DNA of 64,000 nt, from IMG/VR virus record IMGVR_UViG_3300042691_032880, positions 61,115 to 125,114 of that record, one strand, 5' to 3'. The position numbers and the translations under genes were made by a program. This document shows, piece by piece, positions 29,681 through 40,566 of the stretch. Source of the stretch: a virus. Below the pieces are notes generated by a model, which made no database searches, was not told where the DNA came from, and saw only the letters and a program-made list of their open reading frames with translations. Each line of letters begins with the position of its first letter. Within the stretch, counting starts at the first letter, position 1.

Positions 29681-30265
29681 TTAGAGGTAATCTTTCATTT
29701 CGTGGTCCAAAAGACGCATCGCAATCTTGTCCTCACCAAATGATTCCAACTGGTCTAACCAGTTCTGAAGCTTGCTGAGTTCTTCCACTTGTTCCTTAAC
29801 ATACTGTAAACCAAGCTGATAAAGCATGTGGTCAGACATCTCCAAAGCATGGGAAGATAAGTCCTTGGTCTGGTTGGTAATATCCACTTCATGAGCATGT
29901 GAATCCTTGATAATCTGGGGAAGTCCGCTGAAATCCTGTGGAGGTTCTTTCAATGCGGGTGTTTTTGGTTGAATACCAAGACTAAGAAGGTACTCGCGCG
30001 CCCAGTCCGCGTGCGCGTGTTCCTCCGTAGAATACTTCTTCCAGAGTTTGGCAGCATTCACATATCCCTTATCCTCCAACCACATGGACATGGCAAGGTA
30101 GATACGAGAACTGTATTCCTCCTGCTCAATCCTGTAGTTCAAATACTCAACGCACTTATCTGTGATAAGAGGATTCTTCTTAGACGCAGGTTTCGATTCC
30201 GCCTTTTCAGAAGATTCAGATTCCCCTCTTTTCAGGGTTCTTTTCAAGTTTACTTCTTCAGCCAT
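29681..30265 (-). CDS. ftnA: Non-haem ferritin (FtnA-like)
   Basis: LNYRIEQEEYSSRIYLAMS, EEHAHA, HEVDIT, EQVEE: ferroxidase-centre pattern; about 30-aa charged N-terminal extension. Confidence 0.85.
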   Translation of the reverse strand: MAEEVNLKRTLKRGESESSEKAESKPASKKNPLITDKCVEYLNYRIEQEEYSSRIYLAMSMWLEDKGYVNAAKLWKKYSTEEHAHADWAREYLLSLGIQPKTPALKEPPQDFSGLPQIIKDSHAHEVDITNQTKDLSSHALEMSDHMLYQLGLQYVKEQVEELSKLQNWLDQLESFGEDKIAMRLLDHEMKDYL

Positions 30266-30975
30266 TATGTATTGGTTTGTACTGAGCTAGTCGCTCTAGT
30301 GTATTGATTTGATGATTCAATGTCCGCTGCCAATATCATTACAGCATTGTCAACCAGTATTTCGGCTACGTCATCTTTGAACTCACAAGGAACATCTGGA
30401 GTGGCAGCACCCGTAGTAATATCCACGCATCCTGCAAATGACACAGGAACAGGTTTCCTATAATAAGTCAGGTTTATTGATGTGATATCAAATTCACCTC
30501 CTGTATAAATAGTAAACTTGTTATCTGCAACAACCGCTACAGTTTCTCCCCAGTCAAAACTTGGCTTTTTGTTATCATCCCTAAGGATTACATATAAGTC
30601 AGCCTTGTCGACAATATATATATTTATATTCCTTTCAGGACAACAATCACTTTTTGCCATAACGTACATCGAGCTATAGTATAAGTAATCCGATGGAATG
30701 ACGTCTGTTTCAAATGATTGTGGAAAACTGGTTGGATAATTAGTTCCTGAAATGGGAACCGTCTTAATTAGTTTCTGGGTGTCATCGTAATTGACTTTGG
30801 TTGAACCATCACCCGACTGAAGCTGATTAATGCCATTAATTTGACGGCGGAACCATTCGAGTTGCGCCTTATTAAATGCTTCAGCAATCTGCCAGCACTC
30901 AAAGTTATCATAGTCAAGAGAGGCTAGTTTATTCAGCCTCTCTTTGACTTTTATTTGCAACTCGGCGTTTGTCAT
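30265..30975 (-). CDS. Head-tail adaptor/ring protein (crAss gene-74-like)
   Basis: 236 aa; RLNKLASLDYD..AFNKAQ, KPSFDWGET, LTYYRKP. Confidence 0.65.
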   Translation of the reverse strand: MTNAELQIKVKERLNKLASLDYDNFECWQIAEAFNKAQLEWFRRQINGINQLQSGDGSTKVNYDDTQKLIKTVPISGTNYPTSFPQSFETDVIPSDYLYYSSMYVMAKSDCCPERNINIYIVDKADLYVILRDDNKKPSFDWGETVAVVADNKFTIYTGGEFDITSINLTYYRKPVPVSFAGCVDITTGAATPDVPCEFKDDVAEILVDNAVMILAADIESSNQYTRATSSVQTNT

Positions 30976-31991
30976 CAGTTATTCCAGTATTTCTCCACAC
31001 CCTTTGTAAGACTTGTAAGGATATCTTCATGGAGAGGGTTCTTAAGATATTCTGTGATTTCAGAAGGATTCTTACCAACCATTGTGTTAGACTCACCATG
31101 GTAGATGAATCCATCCCCGCGCAGGATAAGAAGTTTGTAATAGGTGGCATCCTTGATAATGGAACGAATCTTCAATGTCTCCATATCCAGATTTGCAATG
31201 TCAAGGAATCGCTGGGCAGTCTTACGCTTGTCCGTATCCACAGTCTCTCCATTGATGTACTTGTCCATGTTATCATACATGACATCTGTAGGAGTAGTCT
31301 TCTTGTACTGAGGAGAGTTGGGATCAACCACCTTGCATACGTACATTAGCTTATTGACGTTCTTGTTAGCCAACTTCTCAAGTTCAGCTAAAGCCTTGTT
31401 ACGCAGCTTTTTAACCTCAGTCTTGATGGAAGCAGTCTCCTCAAACTTATCCAGATAGAACTTGTAAGAAGGGTTGCTCTTACGAGCTACATCCAAGGTC
31501 TTGGCAATAAGACTGAATCCACCCGCCTCAATGGCTTTAAGTTTGATCAAGTCATGAGGATCCGTAGGATTCAACCATACAGGTTCATTACCCATCCTGA
31601 TTGTAATACGGCTCCAGAACTCATCATTGTCAGGACGCAGAAGCTTGATCTTGTTCCAGAAATCCTTGTCATCAGGATCTACGAAGTTGGCTGCAAGTTC
31701 AGCTTCAAGCTGTGCAACCAGTCTGCGTATCTCCTTGATGGCGGCTTCCCGCTCTTCAGTGGGTAGACGCTTGATCTCAGGAGCAAATTCATTCAGTCCT
31801 GTCAAGTAACGCTTGATGCCATTTACTTCAAGACATGCCAGTTGCTCTTCATGGAAGATTCCATCGAACAAAGCTTGGTCATACTTCTCCAAACCCATGT
31901 TGTTCTTAGTGGTATCAACATAGGGTCTGATGGCAATGGTACTGTTGTACCTCTTGCTTACGGGGTTGGTTTCAACGATTGTTACGCTCAT
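30975..31991 (-). CDS. Conserved crAss gene-75-like protein
   Basis: Likely start MSVTIVE at 31991; YLTGLNEFAP, DFWNK, LNPTDPHDLI; conserved position after the capsid gene. Confidence 0.6.
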   Translation of the reverse strand: MSVTIVETNPVSKRYNSTIAIRPYVDTTKNNMGLEKYDQALFDGIFHEEQLACLEVNGIKRYLTGLNEFAPEIKRLPTEEREAAIKEIRRLVAQLEAELAANFVDPDDKDFWNKIKLLRPDNDEFWSRITIRMGNEPVWLNPTDPHDLIKLKAIEAGGFSLIAKTLDVARKSNPSYKFYLDKFEETASIKTEVKKLRNKALAELEKLANKNVNKLMYVCKVVDPNSPQYKKTTPTDVMYDNMDKYINGETVDTDKRKTAQRFLDIANLDMETLKIRSIIKDATYYKLLILRGDGFIYHGESNTMVGKNPSEITEYLKNPLHEDILTSLTKGVEKYWNN

Positions 31992-32052
31992 ATTGCTGAT
32001 TTTGTTGGTTTTACGTCGCAATATTAATAATAAATATAATCAAAACCCACTA

Positions 32053-32544
32053 TTAAAGGGTTTTGATCTCATAGTAGATGTAGAATGCACCTGTCCATTG
32101 ACCAGCTCCTGCAGGTGTTGAAGATGCATTGTACACTGCAAGATTCAATCCAGTAGGACCACCACCGATTGGCATTACATATGGAATAGCCCAATCGTCG
32201 ACTGCAGGACTGTAATAAGGGGTGATCTGTACATAGGTATTGTCAACGCCTGCAGCAACAATAGCTGGATTTACCAAGGTCAACAATACATAGTTTCCAA
32301 ATGTAACGTCTGGATCAGGTAGAAAGTTGTCAGCATTTGTAATGTCAATGATGCCTTTCCAACTGGTAATTTCTACAGATGTGGATAGAGCCATATCAAG
32401 CTCATAATGCTTGATGTCATTCATCTCAGCAACAAGTCTGTTGACATGTGCTATCCTTGCTGGAGTTGCTTCTGATTCTCTTCCAGTTGCGATTATTGGA
32501 TCAGGAGATGCTGGATAAATCTTCGGAGTCAGTTTGAGTCCCAT
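32053..32544 (-). CDS. Putative head decoration protein
   Basis: About 163 aa; KIYPASPDP..ARIAHVN N-terminus, beta-rich. Confidence 0.5.
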   Translation of the reverse strand: MGLKLTPKIYPASPDPIIATGRESEATPARIAHVNRLVAEMNDIKHYELDMALSTSVEITSWKGIIDITNADNFLPDPDVTFGNYVLLTLVNPAIVAAGVDNTYVQITPYYSPAVDDWAIPYVMPIGGGPTGLNLAVYNASSTPAGAGQWTGAFYIYYEIKTL

Positions 32545-32692
32545 TTTCAACGTAAGGTTTAGGTTGTAATTGTTCAGTTGCTTCGTCTTGGATCCTTTGG
32601 ATAAGGTTCATAGACAGTTTTGCTGGGATCTCTCCCAGGCCTTGGATGATCAGATTGACCTCCTCCACACTAAATTCAAGTTTTATTTTCAT
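32501..32692 (-). CDS. Small fibre-associated protein
   Basis: 63 aa; LEFSVEEVNLIIQGLGEIP type often found after fibre genes. Confidence 0.5.
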   Translation of the reverse strand: MKIKLEFSVEEVNLIIQGLGEIPAKLSMNLIQRIQDEATEQLQPKPYVENGTQTDSEDLSSIS

Positions 32693-32704
32693 ATAGTTTT
32701 ATTG

Positions 32705-34786
32705 TTATACCATCTTCAATACATTTCCTGCAGATGTGTCCACCCAGATATCACCTGCGGTAAGACCTACTGGAGCAGAACCAGCACCTTGTGGAAGGTT
32801 TTTGAACTTGATTGTTCCATCCACATACATTGCACGCGTGTCATTCCATGCAGGATAAGCTGAACCTGTTATTGTTAATGGAGTACCTACACTTGCAAAA
32901 GTCTGTGGGGTCGCCACACCATTCACCAACAAGTCGTATTCACCTACAACATCAGTTATACAAGGATTTCCAGGAGCAGGAGTCACACCAGGATCCCATG
33001 GAGTTACTATGTTACTGATTGTTGTTCCTTCAAGAATACCACCAGAAGGATTGGTAAATGTCCTACCTGACAGACTATGTCCTACTTGCAACCAACCTGC
33101 TGGAAGAGTGCCAGTAGCAGTACAGCCAGTAACATAGAGCTTTGTACCTACGATATAACCTGTAACATTGTAGGAAACAGTTCCATTCAAAGGCTGATAT
33201 ACACAAAGTGAATATCCTGCCCTTGCTCCTCCGTTTACAGTTCCAGAATAGTCTGCTCCGCCAAATGCAGAAGGAAGCGGTCCAAATATATCTGAGGAAG
33301 ATGATACTGCAGTAGGTCCAGTAAACCTATGACGCGATGCATGGTAATTTAAATCATAGCTTGGAGTTGTACCACCTACGGCAACTATGCTGGTTATCTG
33401 ACTAAATCCACTTCTATTAAATTGGATCAGACCTCCATTGTATATCCCAGTAAAATTGCCTCCACCTAAGTGAACGTCTGTCAGAATAGTAGCTCTTTCA
33501 GCACATACTGCATTACTGGTGAGGTTAGCATATTCACTAAGGGGATCTGATGTATTTGCCGTACGAGATACTGCAAGCGTATTGGTGTTTGCCCTGTAGA
33601 TAATTGCTTTTTCAGGTGAAAAATTCAGAGTAAAAGTTCCAGCTGCAGAAAGCACCCTGCTAGGACTACCTGTAATTCTTAAACTTCCATCGTACCAACT
33701 TTCAAGTACGTTTCCTGCGCCAGTTGCTTTTTCAACCTTTAATCCTAACGGTACTGTATTAAGGACTATTTGATTTGGAGTAAACAATCCAGCATTTGAT
33801 GTTACTTGACCAGTGGCTGTAATAGTACCTGTAACAGCTTGATTAAGACTGTACACACCAGGGGAAGGATTTCCTGTTATATAAGTACCCCAAGGAATAC
33901 CAGATGCTCCATAAGCAAATAAGTAGTCACCTATGTTGATGGTACCAATGTAGTTTGATCCATATGTCAATGGGTTAGTCACAGTAAGGGTTGTTCCTGT
34001 GACAGTACCTGTGATTCCAAATGCACCTGCGTTTGTACGCACTTGGCTTTTTGCAGTACCAGCAGCAGCAGTCATATCAAGACCAACACCAAACTTACCT
34101 GTACCACTTACTGAAAGACTGTATCCAGCAGCATTGGTGGGTATCTCAGTATTGGCAAGAAGTGGATTCTGACCAAGTCGCAATATTGGATTGGCAAGGT
34201 CACCTATGTTTCTCAAACCACTCTCTACAGTAAGACTGCTTACAGCGCCTGCAGGACCTGCGGGACCTTGGATACCTTGCAGACCTTGAGGACCTTGTAA
34301 TCCTTGAGGACCTTGAAGACCTGTTGCTCCTGTCGCACCTGTGGCTCCTGTAGCACCAGTAGGTCCTTGTGGACCAGTAGCACCTTGAGCAGCCAAAAGC
34401 GCCCAGTTGGCAGTATCCACATCAGGAGGAATCGCAGATGGTCCTACATTATTGATTGCAAAATAAGATGCACCATTGTAAGCAACCGCATCATCTGGAA
34501 CATATGTACCAGAAGCAGACCATGTTCCTTGCCAGTTCAAACCAGCAGGACCTACTGGACCTGCAGCTCCTTGGATACCTTGAGGACCAGGTGCACCAGT
34601 AGCACCTGTTGTACCAGCAACTCCTTGGAAACCTTGTATACCTTGAGCTCCTTGCACACCTTGAGGTCCAGGAGGTCCAGGAGGACCTGGAACACTAGAA
34701 CCACCTGTTGCACATGAATCACCTTCAAGCGGAGCGTTCCAACACTGCCATCCACGAGTCTTTTTTGGTTTTGAATATATTCCCAT
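32705..34786 (-). CDS. Collagen-like head/tail fibre protein
   Basis: 693 aa; two Gly-X-Y runs flanking a [17 protein letters not shown] carbohydrate-binding-like module. Confidence 0.8.
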   Translation of the reverse strand: MGIYSKPKKTRGWQCWNAPLEGDSCATGGSSVPGPPGPPGPQGVQGAQGIQGFQGVAGTTGATGAPGPQGIQGAAGPVGPAGLNWQGTWSASGTYVPDDAVAYNGASYFAINNVGPSAIPPDVDTANWALLAAQGATGPQGPTGATGATGATGATGLQGPQGLQGPQGLQGIQGPAGPAGAVSSLTVESGLRNIGDLANPILRLGQNPLLANTEIPTNAAGYSLSVSGTGKFGVGLDMTAAAGTAKSQVRTNAGAFGITGTVTGTTLTVTNPLTYGSNYIGTINIGDYLFAYGASGIPWGTYITGNPSPGVYSLNQAVTGTITATGQVTSNAGLFTPNQIVLNTVPLGLKVEKATGAGNVLESWYDGSLRITGSPSRVLSAAGTFTLNFSPEKAIIYRANTNTLAVSRTANTSDPLSEYANLTSNAVCAERATILTDVHLGGGNFTGIYNGGLIQFNRSGFSQITSIVAVGGTTPSYDLNYHASRHRFTGPTAVSSSSDIFGPLPSAFGGADYSGTVNGGARAGYSLCVYQPLNGTVSYNVTGYIVGTKLYVTGCTATGTLPAGWLQVGHSLSGRTFTNPSGGILEGTTISNIVTPWDPGVTPAPGNPCITDVVGEYDLLVNGVATPQTFASVGTPLTITGSAYPAWNDTRAMYVDGTIKFKNLPQGAGSAPVGLTAGDIWVDTSAGNVLKMV

Positions 34787-34789
34787 AAC

Positions 34790-35044
34790 TTATTGTGCAA
34801 TATTAGTTAATATATAGTCTTTTACACCCTGCTCATCAAGATCAGCAGGTACATCAATCTTTTTTGAAAGAGTGGTTATTTGTCCATTTTCTTCTACATC
34901 ATACCATACACGAATGGGTTGTCCAGACTTTCTTGATAGATTGTAATAGATTGGTTTTTTACTCATGTTATCAGCATCAAACAAAGTCCTTGCATTGACA
35001 CTTACTCCTGAGAATTCCAATGATGTTTCTATAATTGTCTTCAT
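34790..35044 (-). CDS. Small hypothetical protein (possible fibre chaperone)
   Basis: 84 aa between two fibre genes. Confidence 0.55.
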   Translation of the reverse strand: MKTIIETSLEFSGVSVNARTLFDADNMSKKPIYYNLSRKSGQPIRVWYDVEENGQITTLSKKIDVPADLDEQGVKDYILTNIAQ

Positions 35045-35056
35045 GATCTTATTATG

Positions 35057-37570
35057 TTAGAATGGAGATGTTGTATAATTCAGAGATGTGCCGTCAAATT
35101 CTTCTATATAAATAGTAGCATCTGATCCCATAATCATTCTTTTTGATGATGAATTACCTAGTAAAGTAGACGCAGTTACATCACCTCCTAACGAAGTACC
35201 ATTATGCAGTTGAAAATCAATGTTAAACATAATCGAAGCTTTTAGATTACCAAAGTATGCTGTACCCCTACAGTTAGCAAGACCAACACAATCCGTATCG
35301 TATGAAGTCATTAACAACATGTTTTCCGCCATTGCAAATGAATTTCTATAAAAATACGATCCAAAGATGTCATTGTTTCCTATACCGTTAAATGTTGAAC
35401 TAGACATGTAATCAATATTAAAATGATTATTAAAACCATAACTTCGTACTACAATATTTTCAACTGTACCATTCCAAAACCAATATCCAGTAGTTCCACC
35501 TCTACCCACAAAAACAGTACCGTGTATATCTTTTGGTAGAGGATTAAAGTCTTGATAATTGCCTGTGGTTCCATTATCATTTGTAACTATATAGTCATTA
35601 CTGCCAGTATCACTTTGCCATCTCCTATGTACGATATTCCTCCAATCCAAAGGCATATCAACCTTATTTGAAACATCAATCCTGCGAGTCATATACCCAT
35701 AAGCAGGAGCCATTGAAAATACGGCATCCACATAAAGACTATCAGGAATATAATTCAAAACCATTTGCTCAGTAACTCCTACCAGGATAACTTTCATACC
35801 ATCGGCGCTTACATCAATGTAAGCATTAGGATAACCTTGATCTTCTGAGTTTATATTATTCAATCCTGGAAGAACAGGATCAGTGAAGAATTCCCAATCA
35901 TTAGAACCTGCTATTGCAAAATCTACGTAGAACAAGTGTCCAAAGTTCACAGGATTGTTTGCAGGCATCATGAAATATGCATTGGTACCATCCCATTGAA
36001 CATCAAATCCACTGACTACTGTTGAGTCAGGGAGAGTTACCCCATTGTTAATTCCATTTGGATATGGAAGTCCATAAGTATTGCAATAAGGTAAGAACTC
36101 CACAATGTCACCATAGGTCTCTGAATAACCTTCTATCTCAAATCTGTTTTCACTCAATGCGGTCATTATAATGACCTCCTCCTTTGGAGAAGTATATATC
36201 TCCAAAGGATTGTAGTTTAGTGTAGGAGTATTAGCACTTGCCAATGCTGTTATGTAGTTTGTAGTAGCAATATCGTAACTAGTAAAACTTCCACCTGTTA
36301 CAATAATTGTACTAGCAGGATCATAAAAAAGCTCTACTACATCAAGATTAAATCCTGGAGCAATGAATAAATCAGGAACCCCATTAGCAGTTAATCTTAC
36401 AATACTCTCAGAAGGATTTCCATTCACAGTGGTGAAATTTCCACCAACCATAATCTTACCATCATTTTGAACAGTAATAGCGTTTAGAAGACCATTAAAA
36501 ACAGCACCTCCTACCCATCCTGAAGCAATGGTTCCATCAGCATTAATTCTGATAATCTTTGGATTAGCTACTCCGTTATAAGTAGTAAAATTACCAGTTA
36601 TAACATATGAGTTTGTAGGAGCGTGATATCTAATTTTTACAACATTAGCATCAAATCCTGTTCCAGCATTTGTATTAAATGCCGTATTCAATGTGCCATC
36701 TGGATTAAGCTTTACGATTCTTCCAACAGCAGTACCATTAAAAGAACTGAAGTTTCCTACTATGATCATGCTGTCATCAGGTAGAATCATTATATCAACA
36801 ACATCCCCAGCACATCCTGTTCCAATGTTAGTCAAAAAGACAGTATCCTCAGATCCATTAGGAAACAATCTAACAAGTGCATTTCTCGGTTGTCCATTTT
36901 TAACAGCAAAAGCGCCTCCAACCAGTAGTTTTCCATCACTCTGCAATGCTAATGCTTGCACAGCTTTATTATAAGTGGAGGTGGTAAAAGAAGTATCCAA
37001 AGCACCTGTAGGTAGAATTTTTCTTACATTAATAATACCAGGTAAATCACCACCTACAAAGATGGTTCCATCTGCATTTTCGACAATATCATAAGCTAGT
37101 CCAGATGGCAAATAGCTATTGTTAAAGGTAAGATCTTTTGTTCCATCTGCATTTACTCTTGTGAATCCCCAATTAGTATATCCATTATAACTTGAAAAAT
37201 TTCCACCGATGTAGTATTTACCAGTAGAACTTTTCTTAATCACATAGGGAGGACCATCAAATCCACCAGACAAATTGGAATTATACTGAAAAGGATTGAT
37301 CACTGAAGCAGTAGGAGTAATGATAGATCCCGTAGTGCTTGGATAAGAACCATCCGCACCACTAAATCCATTTAACCAGTTTACAGACTTATAGTCTGTG
37401 ATCCTGTATTTGGCTCCAGGAGTCAACTGACTGTTGACTGTAAGATCATAAAGTTCTGAAGATGTGACATTTATAGGAGTGTTTCCACCGCTACCAATGT
37501 TTAACTGATCAACTTTTGCATTCCAGTATTGCCAACCGAAAGTGCGAGTAGGAGGAGGATAGATTGCCAT
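35057..37570 (-). CDS. Delta-60-repeat beta-propeller virion protein
   Basis: 837 aa; repeated QSDGKLLVGGAF...RL..DG..D..F units. Confidence 0.75.
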   Translation of the reverse strand: MAIYPPPTRTFGWQYWNAKVDQLNIGSGGNTPINVTSSELYDLTVNSQLTPGAKYRITDYKSVNWLNGFSGADGSYPSTTGSIITPTASVINPFQYNSNLSGGFDGPPYVIKKSSTGKYYIGGNFSSYNGYTNWGFTRVNADGTKDLTFNNSYLPSGLAYDIVENADGTIFVGGDLPGIINVRKILPTGALDTSFTTSTYNKAVQALALQSDGKLLVGGAFAVKNGQPRNALVRLFPNGSEDTVFLTNIGTGCAGDVVDIMILPDDSMIIVGNFSSFNGTAVGRIVKLNPDGTLNTAFNTNAGTGFDANVVKIRYHAPTNSYVITGNFTTYNGVANPKIIRINADGTIASGWVGGAVFNGLLNAITVQNDGKIMVGGNFTTVNGNPSESIVRLTANGVPDLFIAPGFNLDVVELFYDPASTIIVTGGSFTSYDIATTNYITALASANTPTLNYNPLEIYTSPKEEVIIMTALSENRFEIEGYSETYGDIVEFLPYCNTYGLPYPNGINNGVTLPDSTVVSGFDVQWDGTNAYFMMPANNPVNFGHLFYVDFAIAGSNDWEFFTDPVLPGLNNINSEDQGYPNAYIDVSADGMKVILVGVTEQMVLNYIPDSLYVDAVFSMAPAYGYMTRRIDVSNKVDMPLDWRNIVHRRWQSDTGSNDYIVTNDNGTTGNYQDFNPLPKDIHGTVFVGRGGTTGYWFWNGTVENIVVRSYGFNNHFNIDYMSSSTFNGIGNNDIFGSYFYRNSFAMAENMLLMTSYDTDCVGLANCRGTAYFGNLKASIMFNIDFQLHNGTSLGGDVTASTLLGNSSSKRMIMGSDATIYIEEFDGTSLNYTTSPF

Positions 37571-37588
37571 GAGTATAAGTGCTTATAC

Positions 37589-37597
37589 TATAATATA
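37589..37597 (-). promoter_or_regulatory. Putative late promoter motif TATATTATA
   Basis: Between the capsid terminator and the 37570 start. Confidence 0.55.
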
Positions 37598-37600
37598 CTA

Positions 37601-37638
37601 AAAAAAGGGGAGAGTTTTGACGCTCTCCCCTGTTTTTT
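37601..37638 (-). terminator. Intrinsic terminator after the major capsid gene (bidirectional shape)
   Basis: GGGGAGAG/CTCTCCCC stem flanked by A6 and T6. Confidence 0.8.
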
Positions 37639-37649
37639 CATTTCCTCGA

Positions 37650-39278
37650 TTAGAAGGATCCGCCAGTGATGGGGTTCCTCTGAACAATCTTGAGGACTTT
37701 GGTTGGGTCTTTTACCCAGATCGCAGGCATGGTCTGAGTCATGTAGACGCGATATCCATTGAACTGTCCATTTGACTGGAAGCCTTGGGTACGTCCCATG
37801 TAGTCCATAGTACCATTCTGGTAGAACCACTTCAATTGATTGTCCCAAGACAACTTCAACAAGAAGATGTTGTCATTGGTGTTGTCAGTGATGTCGAAGA
37901 TGATGAAGTTGTACGAAGACAATGGGTAACCATCGATCATTGGGTTTTCAATGTCATTGGTGTGTACGTTGTCAAACGCAGGATTCAACACAAACTTCAC
38001 GTTAGCAAGGAATGGGATGGTGTAGCTGGTGAAAGCGAATCCGAAGTTCAGATCCATGCCTTGTCCAGTGATTGCACCAATACCATTACCAGAAGGACCA
38101 GCGTTGATCACAAGACCAGCGGCGATTGCTTCCTTCTTAATTGCTTCGTTTACAAGCTTCATACCACCCATACCAGTCTGAACGATCAGCTGACGCTTAG
38201 GATCTGGACCTTTGAACTCAACCTTACCATTGTAGAAGTTGAAGATCTCAGCGCGGAACAGCTCAAGAGAGAACTGGCCTTTGTTGTAGATACGCTTGTA
38301 AGAGTTGTCAAGCTGCTTCCAAAGACCCACTGAGAGGCGGATATCATCTGGACCATCTTGCTTAATGCGACCACCTTGTCCCCACATCAAGTAAGTCTCG
38401 ATGTCAGTAGCGATCTTGGTGAGGTGTGCAGCTTCCAGAGCGGTTACAAATGAACGAGTCAATGTACCGTTGTCATAAGCACGCTTCACATATTCCTTAC
38501 CCATTTTGGACACCATGGTCTCAAGGGAAGTGATCGAAGGATCAGCTTGCTTGTCGAACATGCGCCAGATTTCAGTAACAGGAAGTGTACCATCAGCGTT
38601 CAAACCACCTTTCATCATCAACTCAGCGCGAGAAGAGATGCTGTAGTGTACGTGAGCTTCAGCGCCACCTACGAAGTTGTAGTACTCGCGGAAACCTGTT
38701 TGAACCATGATGTCAGAGAAACGCTCACCATATTCTCCACGAGCAGAACCTTTACGGAAGTATTTGGTTCCAGGAGCCATATAGTCCTGCTTGAAGATAG
38801 CGGTGTTGTCATTGTTCACCATCTGCACAGTGTAGACGAAACCATCGCCAGCAGGGATGATGTCATCAGCAGTGATGTACAATTCAGCGCCGTTGTATTT
38901 GTCGTAGGTGATGATGTCACCATGACCGAAGATGCGCTTGTTCAACTTGATGCGGAAGGTTGTTCCATCAGCACCTGTAGTTGTGTTGCCATCTTCCAAG
39001 TTCTCTACGATGTAGGGAAGGTCTTGTACGACAGGAGTTTGCCACTTGTATTCACCACGAGGGTTGTCTACAAGGATAGTGTTCTTACCACCAAATGAAG
39101 CCATCTGGTACAAAGGCATTTCTACCTTTTGCGCCATCGCCCAAAGGTCTACAGGACCCATATCCATAGGTTCAGTTCCTCTAAGCATGTTCACTAAGTG
39201 GTATGAGTCTACGTGGGACGAAGCTTTGTACTGCGTGTCACGTAGAAATAGACCATTGTTTAAAACTGGTGTTGCCAT
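37650..39278 (-). CDS. Major capsid protein (crAss-like)
   Basis: 542 aa; strong codon bias, portal-scaffold-MCP order, strong terminator; YLMWGQGG, GLWKQLD, IWVKDPTK motifs. Confidence 0.85.
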   Translation of the reverse strand: MATPVLNNGLFLRDTQYKASSHVDSYHLVNMLRGTEPMDMGPVDLWAMAQKVEMPLYQMASFGGKNTILVDNPRGEYKWQTPVVQDLPYIVENLEDGNTTTGADGTTFRIKLNKRIFGHGDIITYDKYNGAELYITADDIIPAGDGFVYTVQMVNNDNTAIFKQDYMAPGTKYFRKGSARGEYGERFSDIMVQTGFREYYNFVGGAEAHVHYSISSRAELMMKGGLNADGTLPVTEIWRMFDKQADPSITSLETMVSKMGKEYVKRAYDNGTLTRSFVTALEAAHLTKIATDIETYLMWGQGGRIKQDGPDDIRLSVGLWKQLDNSYKRIYNKGQFSLELFRAEIFNFYNGKVEFKGPDPKRQLIVQTGMGGMKLVNEAIKKEAIAAGLVINAGPSGNGIGAITGQGMDLNFGFAFTSYTIPFLANVKFVLNPAFDNVHTNDIENPMIDGYPLSSYNFIIFDITDNTNDNIFLLKLSWDNQLKWFYQNGTMDYMGRTQGFQSNGQFNGYRVYMTQTMPAIWVKDPTKVLKIVQRNPITGGSF

Positions 39279-39308
39279 TTCTTTTTTAATAAATTAGTTA
39301 GTAATAGG

Positions 39309-40538
39309 TTAACGTTTAAATATGTTTTGTTGTCTTGGAAGTTTCCTTTTTGCTGGTTGTTGCTCCTCAGGTTCATCCTGCACAGACGTTGAAATCTTAC
39401 GGGACTCCTCGGTCTTTAGTTTGCGGACAGTTTCCTGTGTAGCTTCATTTTTTCCCATTGATTTGATACGTTGTTTGTATCCGTCAGGATCCGCAAGCAA
39501 CCACATGGCTTCAGCCACTAGATCGTAACGCGGTTCTACGAACTGATAATGTTCGAGAAGATATCCCAACAGATTTGTCTTTGCACCATTGGAATGACTT
39601 ACATACTTTGGATTTGTTAGTTCTTCGTAGAGGAACTGCTGAATCCTAGGTTCAAGCTTTATGCCGTTCAAGTCACCTTTATTTATGGTGTTGTATACAT
39701 TACCCATGTATTGAATCTCCATTTGCTCGCGCTGCTTTACAAACTCTTCTTGCTTTTTGAGCTGGTATTCAACTACTTGTTGTTGCATTTCATCAAGACG
39801 TGGTTTGAACTGGTTCGCTTTTTTCTGAAGCGACCCTACATCTTTCCACTCTTCAATCTGTGCGGATATCTCATCCTCAGTACCAAATTTGGTAGCACGT
39901 AAGTATTGTCTTGCGATAACCTCCTGATCCCTGTCAGAAGAAGGATTGAGTTCCCTCACCTCTTCCACATGAGATAGAGCTTTAAACAGTCCTTTTAAGT
40001 CCTGTCCTCCGTCCGCAATATACTTATATGCGTACTTCAACTCATCAGGCAAGGATTCAAAGAACGATTGTGGTACCTCTTGCCTTACTTTATTCTCCCT
40101 GTCCTCGAAGTTGGCTTGTAACAACTCCTTCCAATCCTTCATGGAATACTGATCCATGGGTTTGTCATCATCGAAGGGGACAAGTAATCCTTCGTCAATA
40201 AGTTTAGAGAAGGTGTCGACAAGACCTGATTTGTCAACTTTAGGTCTACCTGGTCCTTTGACTGGCTCCTCTTCTATGTTGGTGATCTCATCAACAAGAC
40301 TTTTAGCAGCTTCAAAGTCAACCTCATTCTCGACCTTCTCACCCTCTTCTGTATTTTCCTCTTCCTTTACCTTAGTTTCTTGTTTATCAAGAAAATCGGT
40401 ACTGAAAGCCGATGGTTTGGAAAATACCGAATTAGGTTTTTCGGAATCTTCTGGACCAGTCAGAATATCTGCTGCTCCTGGCATTGGTAAGAACTCATCC
40501 AGATTAATGTCTGGGGCATTGTTTTCATTGGAAGTCAT
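39309..40538 (-). CDS. Scaffold-like protein (crAss gene-77-like)
   Basis: 409 aa, acidic and helical, between portal and MCP. Confidence 0.6.
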   Translation of the reverse strand: MTSNENNAPDINLDEFLPMPGAADILTGPEDSEKPNSVFSKPSAFSTDFLDKQETKVKEEENTEEGEKVENEVDFEAAKSLVDEITNIEEEPVKGPGRPKVDKSGLVDTFSKLIDEGLLVPFDDDKPMDQYSMKDWKELLQANFEDRENKVRQEVPQSFFESLPDELKYAYKYIADGGQDLKGLFKALSHVEEVRELNPSSDRDQEVIARQYLRATKFGTEDEISAQIEEWKDVGSLQKKANQFKPRLDEMQQQVVEYQLKKQEEFVKQREQMEIQYMGNVYNTINKGDLNGIKLEPRIQQFLYEELTNPKYVSHSNGAKTNLLGYLLEHYQFVEPRYDLVAEAMWLLADPDGYKQRIKSMGKNEATQETVRKLKTEESRKISTSVQDEPEEQQPAKRKLPRQQNIFKR

Positions 40539-40566
40539 ATATGGTTGGTTTTGATTGTCTTCCTAC

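Noticed and set aside
37785-39098. Long plus-strand ORFs (182-183 aa) antisense to the capsid gene; similar ones at 5802-6470, 41951-42559 and 61488-62147
   Set aside because: Shadow frames of codon-biased real genes with no protein-like motifs
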